From a virus: a DNA stretch of 10,511 nucleotides. The notes under the pieces are model-generated. The model ran no database searches and was not told the DNA's origin. It saw nothing but the letters and a program-made list of their open reading frames with translations. Positions 5,396 through 10,511 of the stretch are shown here, in pieces. The position numbers and the translations under genes were made by a program. The stretch lies in the UHGV virus genome UHGV-0048736; one strand, written 5' to 3'. Numbering within the stretch: position 1 is the first letter of the stretch; each line of letters begins with the position of its first letter.

Positions 5396-7144
5396 TTATA
5401 AAAACGCGTCGCAATCGTCTGTTGTTATTGCGTTAGTCTGCGTTACTCCTTTAACTTTCCGCGTAATATATTCATGTCCGTAAACTTTCGCGGCTGGCTT
5501 CATAGCCTTGCCAAAGTCATTTACGTTTAGCGGTTTGCTCCTGCCTGCGTACGCCATAAACGCCAGATAGACGCGGTAAAGGCTGTTTCTGGTCGTGTAC
5601 TTCACTGAATCGCCACCGCCGCCCATCATCAGGCCGCGTGCTTCCTCCAGAAAATTCAGGAACTGGCAAAACTCAATAACCGGATCCGTCTGTTGCTTTA
5701 TTGCCAGTGCTTCATCACCGTCACGCTGTTCAATGAGTAAAGCCCGTGCCTTTTCAGGGTCGGCAAAGTTCGCCAGCAAGCGGCGGATAATGACAGGGAT
5801 TTCAGCCGCGATCTTTTCCGGTAGCTCCCTGTCTTTTTCTGCCTCGCTTACGATGTTATCGAACCGGAATATCACCCGACGACGTGCCACACCTCCGGCC
5901 CGTTCGGTGAATATCATCGGATTGTTATTGGTTGCCAGCACCACCGCCCTGATTACCGCCGTAAAACGCTTTTCATATTTCGGGTTAATTTCCACGGGGT
6001 CGCCGCCCGTGATTTTCTTGATGCCCGTTCCTTCGCCTGTATATTTCGGCTGGTCTGCCAGGACGATAAGACGACTCCCGACAACCTGCGCACGCCCACC
6101 AGCATCATCAAGCGATGTCATTTCAGCGCTTACCGTGTTTTGTTTCCCTGCCAGAAGGCTGGCTATGTGTGTGAATGTACTTTTACCGCTCCCGCCGTCT
6201 CCGGTGGCCTCAATAAACATCTGCCAGTCGTACCGGTTCGCCATAATCATGTACAGCGCGGCACATATACGCATCATCTTGCGCGGGTCTTTTCCGGCTG
6301 CGTGCTCAAGCCATTTATGAAAGTTTGGCGCGTTATCGCGGATGTTCTCCCCGGGTGCTGGTGGCGTGTACTCAATGCCGTTGTGCGTGGTGATCCAGTT
6401 CTCCGGCGTGTGCGGGGAAAATTCCCCCGTTTTCAGGTCAAGCGCACCATTGGCGAACGGCAGCAAATCGCCGGACGGCTCGCCCATTGGTTCGGCAATA
6501 ACTTTTAACGCTTCCACGGCGTTATTGATTACGCGCTTGCTGAAAGTGGCCCTGTGCTCTGAATAGATCGCCACCATTTCGCGGCTCAGCTCCATTGTGC
6601 TGACCGGACACCATACCCCGCCGCGCCATACGTGAACGATTTCACTTTCAGGATGCACACAAACGCCATCAAAGCGCTCGGCAAGCAGCTGCGCACGCTC
6701 ACTGTCTGCCATTTGTGCCAGTTGCGTATTTTTCTGCTCCGGCATGGTAAGCCCTGCGGCAATATTTTCACGCTCAGCATTCAGATAGCGCCGCCAGTTT
6801 TCACACTTCTGGACGTGCATTCCTTCGGGGTAAAAATTTGCGTCCTGAATATCTGCCGCCGCCAGCTTCTGACCAATCTTTTTGGTCTCCACCAAATCCA
6901 GTTCTCCGGCCTGGTACAGCCTTACGCGCTTTTTCCCATCCGGAACAATTTTCAGTGCATCAAGTTCGGCAAGCTGATTTGGCCCAAGCCACACAGGCGG
7001 CACATTATCGCCGGATGCGGGGCCATCCTGCTCCTGCCATTGTTTCGCGTGCGACCAGGCATCACTACCCGCGAAAATAATTACCTCTGTGTCTTTGTGT
7101 TTTATTCCGCGTGGCTGTTTTTTTACGTTCGGTGCCAGTTTCAT
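5396..7144 (-). CDS. Replication protein: primase / SF3 (D5- or P4-alpha-type) helicase
   Basis: 582 aa. Walker A EATGDGGSGKSTF, downstream Walker B-like hydrophobic stretch (RLIVLADQP) and C-terminal region typical of P4-family primase/helicase; N-terminal roughly 250 aa is primase-like. ATGA overlap with the upstream 99-aa gene; CAGGGG Shine-Dalgarno. Confidence 0.9.
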   Translation of the reverse strand: MKLAPNVKKQPRGIKHKDTEVIIFAGSDAWSHAKQWQEQDGPASGDNVPPVWLGPNQLAELDALKIVPDGKKRVRLYQAGELDLVETKKIGQKLAAADIQDANFYPEGMHVQKCENWRRYLNAERENIAAGLTMPEQKNTQLAQMADSERAQLLAERFDGVCVHPESEIVHVWRGGVWCPVSTMELSREMVAIYSEHRATFSKRVINNAVEALKVIAEPMGEPSGDLLPFANGALDLKTGEFSPHTPENWITTHNGIEYTPPAPGENIRDNAPNFHKWLEHAAGKDPRKMMRICAALYMIMANRYDWQMFIEATGDGGSGKSTFTHIASLLAGKQNTVSAEMTSLDDAGGRAQVVGSRLIVLADQPKYTGEGTGIKKITGGDPVEINPKYEKRFTAVIRAVVLATNNNPMIFTERAGGVARRRVIFRFDNIVSEAEKDRELPEKIAAEIPVIIRRLLANFADPEKARALLIEQRDGDEALAIKQQTDPVIEFCQFLNFLEEARGLMMGGGGDSVKYTTRNSLYRVYLAFMAYAGRSKPLNVNDFGKAMKPAAKVYGHEYITRKVKGVTQTNAITTDDCDAFL

Positions 7145-7440
7145 TTTTTACCCCTGAATACGTTAAGCATCTTTTTTATTTCCTGAATATTGGCGCGTGC
7201 TTTCTCCCTGCTGGTTGGTTTACTGCGGGGCGCTGCCTGTACCAGAGAAAAATCACGCCGAAACTGATAAACAGGCATCACGCAATCATATTCGTAGCCT
7301 TCACGACGGTAGGTGATGCGCCGTTCTGCCACGCCTTTAATCGTTACCATGCCGCCATATTTATCGCGGTAAATATCGCCGTTCATAAATTCAGGACGAG
7401 CGGGGCCGCTGGCAGTAACGCCAGAATTTTTATTTTTCAT
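7141..7440 (-). CDS. Hypothetical protein, 99 aa, coupled to the primase gene
   Basis: ORF whose stop overlaps the primase start (ATGA); basic protein, function unknown. Confidence 0.6.
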   Translation of the reverse strand: MKNKNSGVTASGPARPEFMNGDIYRDKYGGMVTIKGVAERRITYRREGYEYDCVMPVYQFRRDFSLVQAAPRSKPTSREKARANIQEIKKMLNVFRGKK

Positions 7441-7445
7441 GTTTT

Positions 7446-7673
7446 TTATTCTCCGGTGTGCTGCGCTTTATTATTCTCGTGAATTGCCATCACTGTATTT
7501 AATTCATTAATAACAGGCGTTAATAGCGTACGCACGGCAGAAAACATCATTGAATCAGATTCATCGCCACTTTCCGGCACATCAATTAACTTAAGTAGTA
7601 ATGCGTCCATTTCCTTTGCGCGGATTAATGCGTTTTCAGAATGAACAAGAACATCAAAGGGTATTTTATGCAT
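7446..7673 (-). CDS. Hypothetical protein, 75 aa
   Basis: ORF with CAGGGGGTGAG Shine-Dalgarno; acidic small protein; 5-nt gap to the next gene. Confidence 0.55.
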   Translation of the reverse strand: MHKIPFDVLVHSENALIRAKEMDALLLKLIDVPESGDESDSMMFSAVRTLLTPVINELNTVMAIHENNKAQHTGE

Positions 7674-7869
7674 GACTCACCCCCTGGCGAATACGGGCAG
7701 CGAATACCATCACGCAGCCATCAGGAGATTGCTGACGCGCTTCCTGTTCGCTGGTGGCCTCAATGGTAATCACGCGCGGTTGTGCAGTGCTCAGGGTGAT
7801 AAAACGCCAGATGTATTTATTCAGGTTGTGCGAGTCCCGCCCTTGCGGGTGTGTGGTATGATTTCTCAT
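7666..7869 (-). CDS. Hypothetical small protein, 67 aa, first gene of the leftward early operon (possibly Icd-like; weak)
   Basis: Taken from the internal ATG at 7869 (GAGG Shine-Dalgarno 6-9 nt upstream) of a spurious 305-aa ORF. The position upstream of the primase mirrors the P4 left operon. The YIWRF...EQEARQ pattern is reminiscent of Icd-like proteins, but that is from memory only. Confidence 0.45.
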   Translation of the reverse strand: MRNHTTHPQGRDSHNLNKYIWRFITLSTAQPRVITIEATSEQEARQQSPDGCVMVFAARIRQGVSHA

Positions 7870-7965
7870 AGCTACCTCGATACTTTCGCTATCGTTGGTG
7901 GTTAGAAGCCCGGTTAGTGTTAGCGCACTGCCGGGTTTCGTCGTTTCTGCACCTTGCGCCAACAA

Positions 7966-8020
7966 GGTGTTGAACACCAATTTAAACCCAGGTGTTAAAC
8001 ACGTCAAGTGTTGAACACTT
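7966..8020. promoter_or_regulatory. Three operator-like palindromes (GTGTT-N-AACAC) in the divergent control region
   Basis: GGTGTT-G-AACACC (7966-7978), GTGTT-A-AACAC (7992-8002), AAGTGTT-G-AACACTT (8006-8020). A possible sigma70 promoter (TTGAAC -35 inside site 3, CATACT -10) faces the plus-strand regulator gene. Confidence 0.6.
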
Positions 8021-8068
8021 ATTTTTTTTCCTGCATACTGCATTTGTTTTTTATGAGGGGTACACCAC

Positions 8069-8248
8069 ATGGCGACAAAAGCAGTAAACGCAAAATCACA
8101 AACCGTTGCGGCAAGGGTTCCGCATGAAGTTATGAACAATGTTGAGGCGGTAAAAATGCCTGGCGAAAGTACGGGGCAATTTGTTACTGCGGCATTAAAA
8201 CGAGAAGTTGAATATCGCCAGCGGCGCAAGGCCAAAGAACCAGAGTAA
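8069..8248 (+). CDS. Small putative DNA-binding regulator, 59 aa (possibly ribbon-helix-helix)
   Basis: Not in the ORF track because it is under 60 aa. ATG at 8069 with GAGGGG Shine-Dalgarno 8 nt upstream; stop TAA at 8246-8248. Translation MATKAVNAKSQTVAARVPHEVMNNVEAVKMPGESTGQFVTAALKREVEYRQRRKAKEPE has a strand-helix-helix-like pattern and a basic tail. Sits immediately downstream of the operator triplet. Confidence 0.6.
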   Translation: MATKAVNAKSQTVAARVPHEVMNNVEAVKMPGESTGQFVTAALKREVEYRQRRKAKEPE

Positions 8249-8290
8249 TCACCATCAGCGCCGTGGTGTAAGGTATTACGGCGCATTGCT

Positions 8291-8479
8291 ATGCAGGACA
8301 ACACAATGACCGATAAAGAATTGACCAAAACATTATCACCGGCACGGAAAAGACGGCGCAGAAAGATAGAGCATGAATCAGAAAGATTCGCGCCATGTGC
8401 TTTTGCCCTTGAGCAATTCCTTAAAGAGTACAGGGAAAAGCGCTCATTGCAGGTATGGCAACGAACTGAACCAGACTGA
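8291..8479 (+). CDS. Hypothetical small protein (62 aa, or 57 aa from the ATG at 8306)
   Basis: ORF downstream of the small regulator gene and upstream of the plus-strand terminator. An AGGA Shine-Dalgarno-like motif favours the 8306 start. Arg-rich, no recognisable motif. Confidence 0.3.
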   Translation: MQDNTMTDKELTKTLSPARKRRRRKIEHESERFAPCAFALEQFLKEYREKRSLQVWQRTEPD

Positions 8480-8546
8480 TTGCATTGCCCACCAGCCGCA
8501 AATGTGGCATTGTTGGTGATGCGTTCAAGTTTAGTGTGTATCCATT

Positions 8547-8573
8547 GGCGACCGCCCCCGGTCGCCTTTGTTT
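8547..8573 (+). terminator. Rho-independent terminator of the rightward regulatory transcript
   Basis: GGCGACC-gccccc-GGTCGCC hairpin (8547-8566) followed by TTTGTTTT. Confidence 0.65.
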
Positions 8574-8593
8574 TATATGTCATATGCTCCCCT

Positions 8594-8803
8594 TTACGCT
8601 GCCTTACCTGAATTAATGCGATCCCGGCTTTTAACCCATTCCATAACCTCGGACAGCAGCCAACCTACAGAACGCCCACCAAGATTACGGCGAGACGGAA
8701 AGCTCCCTTTTTTCTCCAGTTCGTAGCGTGTAGTGCGACACACTCCAGTTAACTTACGACATTCATCCTCACGGATTACGCGATCTTCATTTATTTCACG
8801 CAT
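8594..8803 (-). CDS. alpA: AlpA-family phage transcriptional regulator
   Basis: 69 aa from the internal ATG at 8803 (the 98-aa ORF in the track starts at a GTG inside AT-rich promoter-like sequence). C-terminal half ...RRNLGGRSVGWLLSEVMEWVKSR fits the AlpA-family pattern as I recall it. Located next to the integrase as in P4-like elements and PICIs. Confidence 0.7.
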   Translation of the reverse strand: MREINEDRVIREDECRKLTGVCRTTRYELEKKGSFPSRRNLGGRSVGWLLSEVMEWVKSRDRINSGKAA

Positions 8804-8926
8804 ACAAAAACCTACATAAAAATTACGTATATAAACTTTTCTCTTAGCTGTAGATATATGAGATCGGATATTACTTAGATTCTTTTTCACCTATTAAATT
8901 AAAAACACAACCATGCTAAAGGCTTT

Positions 8927-8957
8927 GTTCGCTAAGGTTCGTAGAAGCTCGTTAGTG
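8927..8957. repeat. Three tandem 10-11-bp repeats (GTTCGCTAAG / GTTCGTAGAAG / CTCGTTAGTG) in the int-alpA intergenic region
   Basis: Read directly; about 125-155 bp upstream of the alpA start. Confidence 0.35.
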
Positions 8958-9183
8958 TTTAAAATCGTGTCACGAGTTTTTAAGCGACGCAACAAAAAAT
9001 GTCGTCATTTGGCATGACACCTGAATTACCTCATTAAAAACAAATAGATAAAACATCAGGTGTTGGAACAATCAAGAAACAGAGAATAAGAACTCAGAAG
9101 AAGACATTTCAATTTTTTTCGATAGTTGACACATATAAAGAGAAGATATTTGCAGATATTCCCCGATATTCTAAGATCTATTC

Positions 9184-9216
9184 ACGGCTGTAATCTCTTA
9201 AAGAAAAAACAGCCGT
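9184..9216. repeat. Inverted repeat ACGGCTGT-N17-ACAGCCGT just 3' of the integrase stop
   Basis: 8-bp perfect arms at 9184-9191 and 9209-9216; no U-run, so not a canonical terminator. Confidence 0.35.
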
Positions 9217-9222
9217 AATTTG

Positions 9223-10461
9223 TCAAGAATTTTGGGGGTAAATTCGCGGGGTCATAACAACGATTTTTTCATCATTGTTCTGGAGAAGCTCGAGACGGTC
9301 TACCCATAGATTAAGAGCATCACGTTTTGCATCAAGGTAGCGGGAGTGGTTATAGACTCGTTGCATCCCTGGCATCTGGTGGGCTGTAAGCTGCTCGACA
9401 ATATGCGGATCCACGCCTAAATCGTTCAGTATGGTTGTAAATGTGTGCCGGATATCGTGTAACGTCCAGGGGGCTTGATTAATTCGTCTGTGCGCTGTTC
9501 TTCCGTACTCTGCTACCGAAGATTGTCCTTTCAGTTCACCAAGCAATAAGCCTGTGTGTCTGTTCTGCTCCACCAGTTGCGTGACGAACGGCAAAATGCT
9601 TTCCGGTATTGGCCTGAATATGGCGACCTTCGTTTTGCTGTGCTCCTTCGGTACTGTCCAGAGCATTTCTTTAAAATCCCACTCCTGCACCTCAGAGCGC
9701 CTTAGCTCAGTGGTACGGCATCCAAAAACAATCAGGAGGCGAATTAGGGCGCTGTAGTATGGCGGGAATATTTTGTCATCCAGGGCGCGGAGTAATTCCC
9801 CAAGCTCCTTATTTGTTAGTACGCGCTCGCTCACTTCTGCTTTTTTTCCCACATCACCGACAACCATATCATCAAGAACGTTGCTGATTGCGTATCGTCG
9901 TTTTCGGCAGTACTTAAGCGCCTGTTTGCATACCTGTAGCAAAAATCCGGCAGATACTGGGCTTCGCTTTGCCATCTGGTCAAAACATGCCAACCAGTGC
10001 CGTAGCTCGCATTTTTCCAACGGCAAAGCGCCAATCTGGCTGATTATGTGTTTATTGATCCGGCTTTTCAGTGATTCGTAGTCAGTGCGCTTTTCCTTTG
10101 CATACGATTCAAGCCAGTAAGTGAGCGCTTCCTTAACTGTCACGGGGGCTAACGCATCCTGTACAGCACGATTAAGCTCATAGCGCGGATTTTTCCCCTC
10201 AGCCAGCCAGGCGCGACACTGTGCTGCTTTTTCCCTGGCTGCTTTCAGGCTCAGATCGGGATAATTGCCCAGTCTCAGACGTTCCGGTGATACCTGCCTA
10301 CCAGTTCCGGCCCTGTAAGTGAAATACCAGGTTAACAGGCCGCTGGTGGAATGTCTTACGCTAAGATTGCCACCGTCATTAAAAAAGGCGTTTTTTGTGG
10401 TTGGTGATCCGCTTAATTTTCGTAAAAGAGTGTCGCTAAGTCTATGAATTGCGCTGCTCAT
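9223..10461 (-). CDS. int: Tyrosine site-specific integrase, P4-type
   Basis: 412 aa. C-terminal catalytic region with HDIRHT (His-x-x-Arg) and a downstream tyrosine (RVYNHSRYL); N-terminal region typical of the P4-integrase arm-binding domain. Start codon 25 nt from the right att repeat. Confidence 0.93.
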   Translation of the reverse strand: MSSAIHRLSDTLLRKLSGSPTTKNAFFNDGGNLSVRHSTSGLLTWYFTYRAGTGRQVSPERLRLGNYPDLSLKAAREKAAQCRAWLAEGKNPRYELNRAVQDALAPVTVKEALTYWLESYAKEKRTDYESLKSRINKHIISQIGALPLEKCELRHWLACFDQMAKRSPVSAGFLLQVCKQALKYCRKRRYAISNVLDDMVVGDVGKKAEVSERVLTNKELGELLRALDDKIFPPYYSALIRLLIVFGCRTTELRRSEVQEWDFKEMLWTVPKEHSKTKVAIFRPIPESILPFVTQLVEQNRHTGLLLGELKGQSSVAEYGRTAHRRINQAPWTLHDIRHTFTTILNDLGVDPHIVEQLTAHQMPGMQRVYNHSRYLDAKRDALNLWVDRLELLQNNDEKIVVMTPRIYPQNS

Positions 10462-10485
10462 GTTTCGCGTTTCCGGTCATCAAAA

Positions 10486-10509
10486 TTAACTACACCATTG
10501 ACTACACCG
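10486..10509. repeat. Right copy of boundary direct repeat (putative att core)
   Basis: TTAACTACACCATTGACTACACCG, 23/24 identical to 176-198. Confidence 0.6.
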
Positions 10510-10511
10510 TG

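Larger units (their letters stand above)
176..10509. mobile_element. Integrated satellite-like island (P4-type integrase/AlpA/primase plus lambda-type Nu1/E/D head module and cos), bounded by direct repeats
   Basis: Direct repeats at 176-198 and 10486-10509; integrase adjacent to the right repeat; gene content is integration, regulation, replication and a partial head/packaging module with no portal, protease, large terminase, tail or lysis genes. Confidence 0.7.

Noticed and set aside
5595-7186. Several plus-strand ORFs (241, 122, 74, 184 and 80 aa) inside the primase/helicase gene
   Set aside because: All are antisense to a strongly supported 582-aa gene with clear Walker A motif; typical shadow ORFs.
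8069-8479. Toxin-antitoxin pair (small regulator plus downstream 62-aa ORF)
   Set aside because: The downstream ORF has no recognisable toxin motif and a weak start context; the operator triplet and divergent arrangement fit a transcriptional switch better.
7666-8583. 305-aa minus-strand ORF
   Set aside because: It runs antisense through the well-supported 59-aa plus-strand gene and straight across the operator palindromes; only its last 67 codons (from the ATG at 7869 with a good Shine-Dalgarno) look like a real gene.
8594-8890. Extended 98-aa version of the AlpA-like ORF
   Set aside because: The extension starts at GTG inside AT-rich promoter-like sequence; AlpA-family proteins are about 70 aa, matching the internal ATG at 8803.

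Overview
The window appears to hold one complete integrated element of about 10.3 kb, bounded by a 24-bp direct repeat (176-198 and 10486-10509, 23/24 identical). Almost every gene is on the minus strand. From right to left: a P4-type tyrosine integrase, an AlpA-like regulator, a divergent control region with three GTGTT-N-AACAC operator-like palindromes and a small plus-strand regulator gene (59 aa, below the ORF-track cutoff), three small genes with overlapping or tightly spaced stop/start codons, a 582-aa primase/helicase, a dense iteron array that looks like the origin, an SSB, and then a head module of lambda type: a gpE-like major capsid protein, a gpD-like decoration protein and a Nu1-like terminase small subunit. 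The lambda cohesive-end 12-mer GGGCGGCGACCT occurs twice, inside a 37-bp perfect inverted repeat that flanks the Nu1-like gene. I found no portal, prohead protease, terminase large subunit, tail or lysis genes. My reading is that this is a phage satellite that parasitises a cos-type lambdoid helper while supplying its own capsid shell and packaging-specificity proteins. That combination of P4-like integration/replication with lambda-like capsid genes is unusual, and I cannot verify from sequence alone whether it has been described. All protein assignments rest on motif comparison from memory, not database searches.
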